Below are positions 45,208-57,433 of a stretch of DNA of 64,000 nucleotides, piece by piece. A program made the position numbers and the translations under genes. The DNA is taken from NCBI RefSeq assembly GCF_056746865.1, contig NZ_CM163382.1; one strand, 5' to 3'. Numbering within the stretch: position 1 is the first letter of the stretch; every line of letters starts with the position of its first letter. Below the pieces are notes generated by a model. The model was not told the DNA's origin and did not search any database. It saw nothing but the letters and a program-made list of their open reading frames with translations.

Positions 45208-46413
45208 TTAACCGGCAAAAATCGGCAACATTAAATACAGCTTAATCACCAGCGCGTTAACGATATCAATAAAGAACGCACCGACCATCGGCACTACCAG
45301 GAACGCCATGTGCGACGGGCCAAAACGTTCAGTGATCGCCTGCATGTTGGCGATTGCCGTTGGCGTTGCACCGAGGCCAAAACCACAATGACCCGCAGCC
45401 AGCACTGCCGCATCGTAGTTTTTGCCCATCATGCGCCAGGTAACGAAGATGGCATACAACGCCATGAAGATGGTCTGTACCACCAGAATCGCCAGCATCG
45501 GCAGCGCCAGCGAAGCCAGCTCCCATAGTTTCAGCCCCATCAGCGCCATCGCCAGGAACAACGACAGGCTTACGTTACCAAGCACGGATACCGCACGCTC
45601 AAAGACGCGGTAAAAGCCCATCATTGACAGACCGTTGCTCAGAATCACGCCAACAAACAGTACACAGACGAAGGTCGGCAGTTCAAAAGCAGTGCCAGCC
45701 AAAAGTTGCGCAACAATTTTCCCCACCGTCAGGCAGATAGCAATCAGCGCGATAGTTTCAATCAGCACCAGCGAGGTGATCATGCGGCCCACATCCGGCT
45801 TTTCGAACGCCGTCGGGACTTCCTGGTCATCCGGAATACCGTTCGGCGTGGTGGAGTGTTTCACCAGATAGCGCGCTACCGGACCGCCAATCAAGCCGCC
45901 CAGCACCAGACCAAACGTCGCACAGGCCATCGCCACTTCCGTCGCATTGGTGAAGCCATAACGTTCAATGAACAATTTACTCCATGCTGCTCCCGTACCG
46001 TGACCGCCGGAAAGCGTAATAGAACCGGCCAGCAGCCCCATCAGCGGATCAAGCCCTAACAGGCTAGCCATACCAATGCCAATGGCATTTTGCATCACCA
46101 ACAGACCAACAACCACAATCAAGAAGATGCCAACCACACGCCCACCGGCACGCAAACTGGCAATGTTGGCGTTCAGGCCAATGGTGGCGAAGAATGCCAG
46201 CATTAACGGATCGCGCAGGGACATATCAAAGTTGACTTCCCAGCCCATGCTTTTTTTCAGTACCAGTAGCGCCAGCGCCACCAACAAACCACCCGCAACT
46301 GGTTCCGGTATGGTGTATTTCTTCAAAAAGGAGACGGAATGGACCAACTTACGCCCGAGCAGCAACGTCAGCGTTGCGGCAACAAGCGTTGCTAAAGTAT
46401 CGAGATGAAACAT
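45208..46413 (-). CDS. gltS: sodium/glutamate symporter
   Basis: 401-aa polytopic membrane ORF convergent with recG; a shared hairpin lies between them. Confidence 0.93.
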   Translation of the reverse strand: MFHLDTLATLVAATLTLLLGRKLVHSVSFLKKYTIPEPVAGGLLVALALLVLKKSMGWEVNFDMSLRDPLMLAFFATIGLNANIASLRAGGRVVGIFLIVVVGLLVMQNAIGIGMASLLGLDPLMGLLAGSITLSGGHGTGAAWSKLFIERYGFTNATEVAMACATFGLVLGGLIGGPVARYLVKHSTTPNGIPDDQEVPTAFEKPDVGRMITSLVLIETIALIAICLTVGKIVAQLLAGTAFELPTFVCVLFVGVILSNGLSMMGFYRVFERAVSVLGNVSLSLFLAMALMGLKLWELASLALPMLAILVVQTIFMALYAIFVTWRMMGKNYDAAVLAAGHCGFGLGATPTAIANMQAITERFGPSHMAFLVVPMVGAFFIDIVNALVIKLYLMLPIFAG

Positions 46414-46691
46414 AGTTACTCCTTTGTATCCGCATCACTCTTTCATACTCGTCATACTTCATCGCGCAGTGGCAACTTATGAACTATGACGGGTATCGAG
46501 TTATGCTTTCCTGGGTCAAATTCTCAGCTGTTAATGAACAAATGGCATGGATTTTAAGCAGAAAAATACCAAAAGTTATATAAAAAAGTGCATTTATCTC
46601 ATTTAAATATTTAGATGAGGATGTGGCAAACGTTTGCTTTTATCTTTCGGTCAGCTAAAATGCCCGCTTTGCTACCACGGGATTGTTTTCG

Positions 46692-48083
46692 ATGTCTGTT
46701 TCCACCCTCGAGTCAGAAAATGCGCAACCGGTTGCGCAGACTCAAAACAGCGAACTGATTTACCGTCTTGAAGATCGTCCGCCGCTTCCTCAAACTCTGT
46801 TTGCCGCCTGTCAGCATCTGCTGGCGATGTTCGTTGCGGTGATCACGCCAGCGCTATTAATCTGCCAGGCGCTGGGTTTACCGGCACAAGACACGCAACA
46901 CATTATTAGTATGTCGCTGTTTGCCTCCGGTGTGGCATCGATTATTCAAATTAAGGCCTGGGGTCCGGTTGGCTCCGGGCTGTTGTCTATTCAGGGCACC
47001 AGCTTCAACTTTGTTGCCCCGCTGATTATGGGCGGTACCGCGCTGAAAACCGGTGGTGCTGATGTTCCTACCATGATGGCGGCTTTGTTCGGCACGTTGA
47101 TGCTGGCAAGTTGCACCGAGATGGTGATCTCCCGTGTTCTGCATCTGGCGCGCCGCATTATTACGCCGCTGGTTTCTGGCGTTGTGGTGATGATTATCGG
47201 CCTGTCGCTAATTCAGGTGGGGCTAACATCCATTGGCGGCGGTTACGCAGCCATGAGCGATAACACCTTCGGCGCACCGAAAAATCTGTTGCTGGCAGGC
47301 GTGGTCTTAGCCTTAATTATCCTGCTTAACCGTCAACGTAACCCATATTTGCGCGTGGCCTCACTGGTGATTGCGATGGCGGCCGGATATGCGCTGGCGT
47401 GGTTTATGGGCATGTTGCCAGAAAGCAACGAACCGATGACGCAAGAACTGATTATGGTACCAACGCCGCTCTATTACGGCCTTGGCATTGAATGGAGTCT
47501 GCTGCTGCCGCTGATGCTGGTCTTTATGATCACTTCGCTGGAAACCATTGGCGATATCACGGCGACCTCTGACGTTTCCGAACAGCCAGTGTCCGGTCCG
47601 CTGTACATGAAACGCCTGAAAGGCGGCGTGCTGGCAAACGGCCTGAACTCGTTTGTTTCGGCGGTATTTAACACCTTCCCGAACTCCTGCTTCGGGCAGA
47701 ACAACGGTGTGATCCAGTTGACCGGTGTTGCCAGCCGCTATGTCGGTTTTGTCGTCGCGCTGATGTTGATCGTGCTGGGTCTCTTCCCGGCGGTGAGCGG
47801 TTTTGTACAACATATTCCAGAACCGGTTCTGGGCGGCGCAACGCTTGTAATGTTTGGCACCATCGCCGCCTCCGGTGTGCGCATTGTGTCTCGTGAGCCG
47901 CTGAACCGTCGGGCGATTCTGATTATCGCGCTGTCGCTGGCGGTCGGTCTGGGCGTGTCTCAGCAGCCGCTGATTTTGCAGTTTGCCCCTGAATGGCTGA
48001 AAAACCTGCTCTCCTCCGGGATCGCCGCGGGCGGTATTACTGCCATCGTGCTGAATCTGATTTTCCCACCAGAAAAACAGTAA
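46692..48083 (+). CDS. xanP: xanthine permease (NCS2 family)
   Basis: [34 protein letters not shown]; ~463 aa. Confidence 0.9.
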
Positions 48084-48203
48084 TTCACTGGCGGCGGTAA
48101 GATAATTACCGCCGCAGTCTCACCTCTTTCACCATTCCCGCCTTGAGGATTGCGCGTAAATCGTGCATAACTCCCTTATGTGCATTTCACGGGATGGAAG
48201 ACC

Positions 48204-49913
48204 ATGAAATTTATTGGGAAGCTGCTTCTCTACATTCTCATCGCTCTGTTAGTGGTGATCGCTGGCCTCTATTTTCTTCTGCAAACCCGCTGGGGAGCAG
48301 AACATATCAGCGCATGGGTTTCCGAAAATAGTGACTATCATCTGGCCTTCGGGGCGATGGATCACCGTTTTTCCGCGCCATCTCATATCGTGCTGGAGAA
48401 CGTCACGTTTGGTCGTGATGGTCAGCCCGCGACCCTGGTGGCCAAAAGTGTCGACATTGCGCTAAGCAGTCGCCAACTGACCGAATCACGCCATGTCGAT
48501 ACCATCCTGCTGGAAAACGGGACGCTGAATCTCACCGACCAGACCGCGCCGCTACCGTTCAAAGCCGATCGTCTGCAACTGCGTGATATGGCGTTTAATA
48601 GCCCGAATAGCGAATGGAAACTGAGCGCGCAGCGGGTAAATGGCGGCGTGGTTCCGTGGTCACCAGAAGCCGGTAAAGTGCTGGGTACGAAGGCGCAGAT
48701 TCAGTTTAGTGCCGGATCGCTTTCGCTCAATGATGTTCCTGCCACCAATGTACTGATTGAAGGCAGTATTGATAACGATCGCGTTACGCTGACTAACCTG
48801 GGTGCCGACATCGCCCGCGGGACATTAACCGGAAACGCGCAGCGTAACGCCGACGGCAGCTGGCAAGTGGAAAATCTGCGCATGGCGGATATCCGTCTAC
48901 AAAGCGAAAAATCGCTAACCGACTTCTTTGCGCCATTACTCTCTGTCCCGTCGTTGCAGATTGGTCGCCTGGAAGTCATCGACGCTCGCCTGCAAGGTCC
49001 GGACTGGGCGGTGACCGACCTCGATCTCAGCTTGCGCAACATGACCTTCAGTAAAGATGACTGGCAGACACAGGAAGGCAAACTGTCGATGAACGCTAGC
49101 GAGTTCATTTATGGTTCGCTGCATTTATTTGACCCGATTATAAACGCGGAATTTTCCCCGCAGGGCGTAGCGCTGCGCCAGTTCACCAGCCGCTGGGAAG
49201 GGGGCATGGTCAGAACGTCCGGAAACTGGCTGCGCAACGGGAAAACGTTGATCCTTGATGATGCGGCAATTGCCGGACTGGAATATACCTTGCCAAAAAA
49301 CTGGCAACAGTTGTGGATGGAAACGACACCGGGTTGGTTAAACAGCCTGCAACTGAAGAGATTTAGCGCCAGCCGCAATCTGATCATTGATATCGACCCT
49401 GACTTCCCGTGGCAGCTCACCGCGCTCGATGGTTACGGTGCCAACCTGACGCTGGTTACCGATCATAAATGGGGCGTCTGGAGTGGTTCGGCGAATCTGA
49501 ATGCCGCCGCCGCGACATTCAATCGTGTTGATGTTCGTCGCCCATCGCTGGCGCTGACCGCCAACAGCAGCACGGTGAATATCAGCGAACTGAGTGCATT
49601 TACTGAAAAAGGCATTCTGGAAGCCACCGCCAGTGTTTCACAAACGCCACAACGTCAGACCCATATCAGCCTGAATGGACGCGGTGTGCCGGTGAATATT
49701 TTGCAACAGTGGGGATGGCCTGAATTACCGTTGACTGGCGACGGCAATATTCAGCTTACCGCCAGCGGCGATATTCAGGCCAATATCCCGCTGAAACCTA
49801 CGGTTAGCGGGCAACTCCATGCCGTGAACGCCGCAAAGCAGCAAGTGACTCAAACCATGAATGCGGGCGTCGTTTCCAGTGGTGAAGTTACGTCGACGGA
49901 GCCGGTGCAGTAA
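48204..49913 (+). CDS. yicH: AsmA-family protein
   Basis: MKFIGKLLLYILIALLVVIAGLYFLLQ N-terminal anchor; ~569 aa. Confidence 0.85.
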   Translation: MKFIGKLLLYILIALLVVIAGLYFLLQTRWGAEHISAWVSENSDYHLAFGAMDHRFSAPSHIVLENVTFGRDGQPATLVAKSVDIALSSRQLTESRHVDTILLENGTLNLTDQTAPLPFKADRLQLRDMAFNSPNSEWKLSAQRVNGGVVPWSPEAGKVLGTKAQIQFSAGSLSLNDVPATNVLIEGSIDNDRVTLTNLGADIARGTLTGNAQRNADGSWQVENLRMADIRLQSEKSLTDFFAPLLSVPSLQIGRLEVIDARLQGPDWAVTDLDLSLRNMTFSKDDWQTQEGKLSMNASEFIYGSLHLFDPIINAEFSPQGVALRQFTSRWEGGMVRTSGNWLRNGKTLILDDAAIAGLEYTLPKNWQQLWMETTPGWLNSLQLKRFSASRNLIIDIDPDFPWQLTALDGYGANLTLVTDHKWGVWSGSANLNAAAATFNRVDVRRPSLALTANSSTVNISELSAFTEKGILEATASVSQTPQRQTHISLNGRGVPVNILQQWGWPELPLTGDGNIQLTASGDIQANIPLKPTVSGQLHAVNAAKQQVTQTMNAGVVSSGEVTSTEPVQ

Positions 49914-51144
49914 AAATCAATCTCGCCGGGTACGACTCAGACGTACCCGGCATTCCGTCAATAGATTACAACGTAATTGTCAGCGCATTCCCTTGAGGCG
50001 TCACCACCAGCCCCTGCTCACTTTCAGCCTGCGAACCGCCTTGCAGACCATTTACTTTCACAACATTGCGCAAGCACAGTGTCCAGTTCTTCGCCTCGCC
50101 CGCACCAGTCACAGTAATCGTGTTACCAGTACGTGTTGCTTTTAGAGTAAAGATCACCGAACCGTCAGCAGCGGGCACTTCACAAAGAGCTTCATGCCCG
50201 TCTTGCAGATTAAAGAGATGGAATGCCGTGCCTTCGTGCCACGCGTAATCGGGACGTTGCTCGTTGTTGCCCAGCGCCAGTAGGGTGTTATCACGCACAT
50301 AAACGGGCAGACTCAGGAAGCTGTGCTGCTGTTTATGCCAGCGACTACCATCGAGTTCATCGTTGTGCCACAGATGTGTCCAGCGACCTTCCGGCAAGTA
50401 GAACTGCACATCGCCCGCTTCAGTGAACACCGGAGCAACCATCACGTTGTCGCCTAACATGTATTGACGGTCAAGGTAATCACAAGCCGGATCGTCCGGG
50501 AACTCCATCATCATGGCCCGCATCATCGGCGTACCCCGCGCGTTCGCACGAGCAGCTTCACGATACAGATACGGCATCATGCGGCATTTCAGTTGCGTGA
50601 AGAAGCGCACCACATCACAGGACTCATCATCATAGGCCCACGGCACACGATAAGATTTGCTGCCATGTAAACGGCTATGGCTGGAGAGCAAACCAAACGC
50701 GCACCAGCGTTTGTAAACGTGCGCCGGAGCGGTATTCTCAAAGCCGCCGATATCGTGGCTCCAGAAGCCAAAACCTGAAAGGCCAATAGACAAACCACCG
50801 CGCAGGCTTTCCGCCATTGATTCGTAGTTAGCGTAACAGTCGCCACCCCAGTGTACCGGGAATTTCTGCGCACCAACGGAGGCCGAGCGAGCAAACAAGA
50901 CGGCTTCTTCCTGGCCAACGGTTTCCTTGAGCACGTTCCACACCAGTTCGTTGTAGATGTACGCATAATGGTTATGCATTTTCTGCGGATCGGAACCGTC
51001 AAACCATTGAACATCGGTTGGAATACGTTCGCCAAAGTCAGTCTTAAAGCAATCAACGCCCATCGCGACCAGACCTTTCAGTTTGTCGGCGTACCATTTG
51101 CAGGCATCCGGATTGGTAAAGTCATAAATCGCCAGACCTGGCTG

Positions 51145-52570
51145 TAATGCCGATCAGTTAAGGATCAGTTGACCGATCCAGTGGCTGTGTAAGAATCCGG
51201 AAACGCTCACTTGTTTCCGGATTTTTTTATGCACATTGGACAGGCTCTTGATCTGGTATCCCGTTACGATTCTCTGCGTAACCCACTGACTTCTCTGGGG
51301 GATTACCTCGACCCCGAACTCATCTCTCGTTGCCTTGCCGAATCAGGTACTGTAACGCTACGCAAGCGCCGTCTTCCCCTCGAAATGATGGTCTGGTGTA
51401 TTGTTGGCATGGCGCTTGAGCGTAAAGAACCTCTTCACCAGATTGTGAATCGCCTGGACATCATGCTGCCGGGCAATCGCCCCTTCGTTGCCCCCAGTGC
51501 CGTTATTCAGGCCCGCCAGCGCCTGGGAAGTGAGGCTGTCCGCCGCGTGTTCACGAAAACAGCGCAGCTCTGGCATAACGCCACGCCGCATCCGCACTGG
51601 TGCGGCCTGACCCTGCTGGCCATCGATGGTGTGTTCTGGCGCACACCGGATACACCAGAGAACGATGCAGCCTTCCCCCGCCAGACACATGCCGGGAACC
51701 CGGCGCTCTACCCGCAGGTCAAAATGGTCTGCCAGATGGAACTGACCAGCCATCTGCTGACGGCTGCAGCCTTCGGCACGATGAAGAACAGCGAAAATGA
51801 GCTTGCTGAGCAACTTATAGAACAAACCGGCGATAACACTCTGACGTTAATGGATAAAGGTTATTACTCACTGGGACTGTTAAATGCCTGGAGCCTGGCG
51901 GGAGAACACCGCCACTGGATGATACCTCTCAGAAAGGGAGCGCAATATGAAGAGATCAGAAAACTGGGTAAAGGCGATCATCTGGTGAAGCTGAAAACCA
52001 GCCCGCAGGCACGAAAAAAGTGGCCGGGACTGGGAAATGAAGTGACTGCCCGCCTGCTGACCGTGACGCGCAAAGGAAAAGTCTGCCATCTGCTGACGTC
52101 GATGACGGACGCCATGCGCTTCCCCGGAGGAGAAATGGGGGATCTGTACAGTCATCGCTGGGAAATCGAACTGGGATACAGGGAGATAAAACAGACGATG
52201 CAACGGAGCAGGCTGACGCTGAGAAGTAAAAAGCCGGAGCTTGTGGAGCAAGAGCTGTGGGGTGTCTTACTGGCTTATAATCTGGTGAGATATCAGATGA
52301 TTAAAATGGCGGAACATCTGAAAGGTTACTGGCCGAATCAACTGAGTTTCTCAGAATCATGCGGAATGGTGATGAGAATGCTGATGACATTGCAGGGCGC
52401 TTCACCGGGACGTATACCGGAGCTGATGCGCGATCTTGCAAGTATGGGACAACTTGTGAAATTACCGACAAGAAGGGAAAGGGCCTTCCCGAGAGTGGTA
52501 AAGGAGAGGCCCTGGAAATACCCCACAGCCCCGAAAAAGAGCCAGTCAGTTGCTTAACTGACTGGCATTA
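51145..52570 (+). mobile_element. IS4, 1426 bp, 18-bp terminal inverted repeats, 12-bp target-site duplication CAGACCTGGCTG
   Basis: Ends taatgccgatcagttaag and cttaactgactggcatta (16/18 match as inverted repeats); TSD at 51133-51144 and 52571-52582. Confidence 0.9.
51229..52557 (+). CDS. insG: IS4 transposase
   Basis: [34 protein letters not shown] matches IS4 InsG; 442 aa. Confidence 0.9.
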   Translation: MHIGQALDLVSRYDSLRNPLTSLGDYLDPELISRCLAESGTVTLRKRRLPLEMMVWCIVGMALERKEPLHQIVNRLDIMLPGNRPFVAPSAVIQARQRLGSEAVRRVFTKTAQLWHNATPHPHWCGLTLLAIDGVFWRTPDTPENDAAFPRQTHAGNPALYPQVKMVCQMELTSHLLTAAAFGTMKNSENELAEQLIEQTGDNTLTLMDKGYYSLGLLNAWSLAGEHRHWMIPLRKGAQYEEIRKLGKGDHLVKLKTSPQARKKWPGLGNEVTARLLTVTRKGKVCHLLTSMTDAMRFPGGEMGDLYSHRWEIELGYREIKQTMQRSRLTLRSKKPELVEQELWGVLLAYNLVRYQMIKMAEHLKGYWPNQLSFSESCGMVMRMLMTLQGASPGRIPELMRDLASMGQLVKLPTRRERAFPRVVKERPWKYPTAPKKSQSVA

Positions 52571-53731
52571 CAGACCTGGCTGCCATTTATCCCACTGCCA
52601 CAGCGAACCGTCCGGGCGTTTGAGTAAATAGCCTTTCTCTTGTAACTCTTTAAAGACAGGGGATTTTTGCCCGATATAGGGGTTAATCCAGACGCAGATT
52701 TTCAGCCCTTTCGCTTTCAGGCGGCGGATCATCCCTTCCGGGTCCGGGAAAGTCAGCGGGTCCCACTCAAAATCGCACCACTGGAAGGCTTTCATCCAGA
52801 AACAGTCAAAGTGGAAAACATGCAGTGGCAGATTGCGTTCCGCCATACCATCGATAAAGCTGTTTACCGTCGCTTCGTCGTAGTTGGTGGTAAATGAAGT
52901 GGTTAGCCACAGACCGAAGGACCACGCGGGCGGCAGCGCCGGACGACCAGTAAAACGGGTATAACGATCAAGTACCGCTTTCGGCGTCGGGCCGTCGATA
53001 ACAAAGTATTCGAGATATTCACTCTCAACGCTGAACTGCACTTTGGAGACTTTCTCCGCTCCCACTTCAAAAGAGACGCATTGAGGATGATTGACCAGTA
53101 CCCCATAACCACGGTTAGTCATATAGAACGGGATATTTTTATACGCCTGTTCAGTACTTGTGCCGCCGTCCCGGTTCCAGGTCTCTACCGTCTGGCCATT
53201 GCGCACCAGGGCAGTAAAGCGCTCACCCAGACCGTAAACTGTTTCGCCAACGCCAAGATCCAGCCGCTCAAACATATAATTTCGTTGATTATTCGTGTCC
53301 TGCACGTAGCCATTATTTTTCACCTGACTACCGGTAATACGTTCGCCGTTGCGCAGAAAATCCAGTGACCAGAACTCACCTTTGCTGACACGCGCGCTTA
53401 AGTTGCCACTTTTAAACTCAGCGTAACGTTCTGTGTTTTCGATTGTGACCTTCACGTCCTGCAAAATATTGAGCGGATAATGAGGACCGTTATTCAGCGC
53501 CCCCTGAAAATGCTCAATCCGTACACCGACAATACCTTCCTGTGGGGAGAAAAAGCGCAGCGTAAATAAAGGCGTATCAAGCTGCCAGGTTCGTTCACGC
53601 ACATCACGGGGGGCAGCATAGACCACCATTTCATTACCCTGCTGTTCAACCTCGAACACCTGAAGCGGGTGAATCAAATTGAGGCCAGGTTGAATCAACC
53701 AGTTTCCATCGCTAATTTTCATTGCCGTTCC

Positions 53732-55114
53732 TTAGTTCTGCACTTCTTGAGAGGTGAATTGTTGCTGGCAACGGCGTTTGCCCTGGGCCAGCTGTTCCAT
53801 AACGGTTTTCAGATTGTGCGTCGTGAGTGAGTAGTAGCGTTTAGCGATAATCGCGCTCAGCAAATAACAGATCGCCGGAACAATCGTGAATAGCGCAATA
53901 ATGATGCTAATCGTGGCGCTGTTCTGCGCTTTTTCTGCCGCATCATATCCGCCATAAGCCAGCATCCAGCCGATAAGAGCGCCGCCGAAGGCCAACCCCA
54001 GTTTGAGCACAAACAGCGTGCCAGCAAAACTGATCCCGGTCAGGCGTTTACCATTGCACCACTCGCCGTAGTCGACGGTATCGGACATCATTACCCACTG
54101 GATAGGTGTCACTAGTTGATGCAACACACCAATCACGAAGATGAAGACAAACATGGTGATGCTGGCCTGCATAGGAACAAAGAACATCGCGAGGCTAATC
54201 ACTGCCAGCAGGGCGTTCGTCCACCAGAAGATAGTGACTTTACATTTCCAGTCGGTCAGCGGTTTTGCCAGTGCGGAACCAATCAGGTTACCCACGCAAT
54301 AAGTGGTGAGAAAAGCGACAAACACTTCCGGCGTACCCAAAATCCATGTGACGTAATACATCATCGCTCCACCGCGTACGCACACCGCCAGGATATTGAA
54401 AATGGTTAGTAAACCGACAATCCGCCACTGGTCGTTTTGCCAGATATCACGTAAATCTTCCCGCATAGACGTCGTTGTAGGTGGTGCTTCAACGCGTTCT
54501 TTAGTGGTGAAGAAACAAAATGCCAGCATCATAAATGCCACCACGGAAAGGACCGCGATACCGCCCTGGAAACCGAGTGGTTTATTATCACCACCAATTA
54601 AATTAACCAGCGGCATCATCAGCACAGTAGAGAGCATGCCTCCCGCGGTCGCCAGCACAAAACGCCAGGATTGCAGCGAGATACGCTGAGTCGGGTCATT
54701 GGTGATTACACCACCCAATGCGCAGTAAGGGATATTAACGATGGTATAAAGTAAGGTAAGTAGGGTGTAAGTAATTGCTGCATAAATCATTTTTCCGTTC
54801 ATACTGAGATCTGGCGTGCTATAGGCCAGTACACAGACGATCCCAAATGGCAGTGCGCCAAACAGTACCCACGGACGAAATTTACCCCAGCGAGAGCGCG
54901 TTCGATCGGCCAACAACCCCATGCAAGGATCGGAAATCGCATCCAGTGCACGAGCGACCAAAAACATGGTTCCGACAAATCCGGCAGGTATGCCAAAAAT
55001 ATCGGTATAAAAGAACATCATATATAACATTACGTTATCGAAAATAATGTGGCTGGCGGCGTCTCCCATGCCATAACCAATTTTCTCTTTAACGGACAAC
55101 ACTTCACTCTTCAT
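53732..55114 (-). CDS. yicJ: GPH-family sugar:cation symporter
   Basis: MKSEVLSVKEKIGYGMGDAASH; about 460 aa; upstream of yicI in the same orientation. Confidence 0.9.
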   Translation of the reverse strand: MKSEVLSVKEKIGYGMGDAASHIIFDNVMLYMMFFYTDIFGIPAGFVGTMFLVARALDAISDPCMGLLADRTRSRWGKFRPWVLFGALPFGIVCVLAYSTPDLSMNGKMIYAAITYTLLTLLYTIVNIPYCALGGVITNDPTQRISLQSWRFVLATAGGMLSTVLMMPLVNLIGGDNKPLGFQGGIAVLSVVAFMMLAFCFFTTKERVEAPPTTTSMREDLRDIWQNDQWRIVGLLTIFNILAVCVRGGAMMYYVTWILGTPEVFVAFLTTYCVGNLIGSALAKPLTDWKCKVTIFWWTNALLAVISLAMFFVPMQASITMFVFIFVIGVLHQLVTPIQWVMMSDTVDYGEWCNGKRLTGISFAGTLFVLKLGLAFGGALIGWMLAYGGYDAAEKAQNSATISIIIALFTIVPAICYLLSAIIAKRYYSLTTHNLKTVMEQLAQGKRRCQQQFTSQEVQN

Positions 55115-55406
55115 CTGCTTTTCCTTGATGCTATAGGGGTGCTGAGACCGATAACGCATTTTGTAAACCATCCCTGTGAGAGCGAATATTCCGATATCTG
55201 GTTATTAATTTATGATTCTTGTTTTATGTGATCGTGGTAGCGTTAATTTCGCTCATATATCATTGTAAAATATGGGTTTTATATGAACTATAATGCTTTC
55301 GTGATAATACGCTGCGTGTATTAGGCGGAAAAAACTGATCTGGGGGATGTAGAAACTCAAGGAAGTAGCTATAATGCGCCCCGCCTCCATGTAGCAATCG
55401 AGGCGC

Positions 55407-55501
55407 GGAAGATCGTCGTCTCCGGTGAGGCGGCTGGACTTCAAATCCAGTTGGGGCCGCCAGCGGTCCCGGGCAGGTTCGACTCCTGTGATCTTCCGCC
55501 A
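55407..55501 (+). tRNA. selC: tRNA-Sec (selenocysteine, UCA anticodon)
   Basis: ggaagatcgtcgtctccggtgaggcggctggacttcaaatccagttggggccgccagcggtcccgggcaggttcgactcctgtgatcttccgcca matches selC; 95 nt with long variable arm and 3' CCA. Confidence 0.95.
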
Positions 55502-56138
55502 ATTAGCCTCTTCTGACATTCTCCAACCCCTTGTAATACTGTCATTCCAGAGATTTTCTATCTGCTCAATATTCAATCGGCTTCAGGAATACCTGATCAA
55601 AAGTTTTGTGATGGACGATGAGCGACTGAAGAATCCGCCTGTCGGTTCTTCTGTCCTCGAACGCATCCGCGATATGCGCGCCAGCATGTGCCGTGTTTAT
55701 TTGCAGGTGATTTGCCCCCTGCTGGCTCTCAGCCAACTGTATCGCCATTAAGGTGAAGATATTGTTTTACACGCTCCATAACACCCTTTTTTATACGACG
55801 ATTCTATTCCTTTAACAGCTGGCGAAAAAAACTGACCTGTAAACTTCACCAATAATCAGACTGTCATCAAGATTAATTTTTTCATTTAATATATCAAATC
55901 AACTTGTTTTATTTTTACTATCAAAAATAGCTCATTGCCTTACTATAATTAATATATAAATTCGGTGATTAATTCTTAACATGCTTTTGCTAATAATCTC
56001 AATTGCTGGCCCTATAATATTGCGCTAGCATTGCTTTCTGGTTGTATCAGCGACACTCAAAAATTCTTAATACAATACTCATTCGACTGGTACTTATTTG
56101 TAACTCAGTTATATTTTGTCGCCCGGTGATTCAGAAGA

Positions 56139-57323
56139 ATGCAAAAAACGGCTACCACTCCATCAAAAATACTTGATCTCACTGCCGCGGCATTTTTACT
56201 TGTCGCCTTTCTGACGGGTATTGCGGGCGCTCTCCAGACTCCTACCCTAAGTATATTCCTCGCAGATGAACTGAAAGCCCGTCCTATAATGGTAGGTTTT
56301 TTCTTCACCGGTAGCGCTATTATGGGAATTCTTGTCAGTCAATTTCTGGCAAGACACTCCGATAAACAAGGCGACCGTAAATTACTGATCCTGCTATGTT
56401 GCTTATTTGGAGTGCTGGCCTGCACGCTTTTTGCGTGGAATCGCAACTACTTCATTCTCCTCTCTACGGGCGTACTTCTGAGTAGTTTTGCTTCCACCGC
56501 AAACCCGCAAATGTTCGCCCTCGCCCGTGAACACGCCGACAGAACAGGCCGTGAGACGGTAATGTTCAGTACATTTTTACGTGCTCAGATCTCGCTTGCC
56601 TGGGTTATCGGGCCACCGCTCGCTTATGAGCTGGCAATGGGATTTAGTTTTAAAGTGATGTATCTCACCGCAGCCATCGCATTTGTTGTTTGCGGGCTGA
56701 TAGTCTGGTTGTTTTTGCCATCAATACAAAGAAATATTCCTGTCGTTACCCAACCCGTAGAAATTTTACCCTCCACCCATAGGAAGCGGGATACACGGCT
56801 ACTTTTCGTGGTTTGTTCAATGATGTGGGCGGCGAATAATCTCTACATGATAAATATGCCGCTATTTATTATTGATGAACTGCATCTAACCGATAAACTG
56901 GCTGGAGAAATGATTGGTATTGCTGCCGGTCTGGAAATTCCGATGATGTTAATCGCAGGCTATTACATGAAACGTATTGGCAAGCGGCTATTAATGCTCA
57001 TTGCTATCGTGAGTGGAATGTGTTTTTACGCCAGCGTACTCATGGCGACGACTCCGGCAGTTGAGCTGGAATTGCAAATTCTAAATGCCATCTTCCTTGG
57101 TATTCTCTGTGGTATCGGCATGCTTTATTTTCAGGACCTGATGCCTGAAAAAATAGGCTCTGCGACAACGTTATATGCAAATACTTCACGCGTCGGCTGG
57201 ATTATCGCCGGCTCTGTTGACGGAATTATGGTTGAAATCTGGAGCTACCACGCGTTGTTCTGGCTGGCGATAGGGATGTTGGGTATTGCGATGATTTGCC
57301 TGCTGTTTATTAAAGATATTTAG
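56139..57323 (+). CDS. setC: sugar efflux transporter (MFS)
   Basis: 394-aa ORF MQKTATTPSKILDLTAAAFLLVAFLTGIAGALQTPTLSIFLADEL. Confidence 0.93.
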   Translation: MQKTATTPSKILDLTAAAFLLVAFLTGIAGALQTPTLSIFLADELKARPIMVGFFFTGSAIMGILVSQFLARHSDKQGDRKLLILLCCLFGVLACTLFAWNRNYFILLSTGVLLSSFASTANPQMFALAREHADRTGRETVMFSTFLRAQISLAWVIGPPLAYELAMGFSFKVMYLTAAIAFVVCGLIVWLFLPSIQRNIPVVTQPVEILPSTHRKRDTRLLFVVCSMMWAANNLYMINMPLFIIDELHLTDKLAGEMIGIAAGLEIPMMLIAGYYMKRIGKRLLMLIAIVSGMCFYASVLMATTPAVELELQILNAIFLGILCGIGMLYFQDLMPEKIGSATTLYANTSRVGWIIAGSVDGIMVEIWSYHALFWLAIGMLGIAMICLLFIKDI

Positions 57324-57433
57324 CTCACCTGTCTGGGCTAAGAAAAATCGGCGTGGCGCAAACAGAGCCATCCTCGCCATTTTTGCTATCATGCCTGCAT
57401 ACATAAACGACAAAACAGTATGCAGAGGGAAAA

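Larger units (their letters stand above)
49966..53722 (-). pseudogene. yicI: alpha-xylosidase gene (GH31) split by an IS4 insertion
   Basis: N-terminal 384-aa fragment (52568-53722) and C-terminal 365-aa fragment (49966-51063); removing IS4 and one TSD copy gives a continuous 2319-nt frame (772 codons). Confidence 0.9.

Noticed and set aside
55502-56138. Integrase or pathogenicity-island junction immediately 3' of selC
   Set aside because: No integrase-like ORF or direct repeat of the selC 3' end was seen; the ORFs here (e.g. 55425-55751) overlap the tRNA or lack recognisable motifs. The region is AT-rich promoter sequence upstream of setC.
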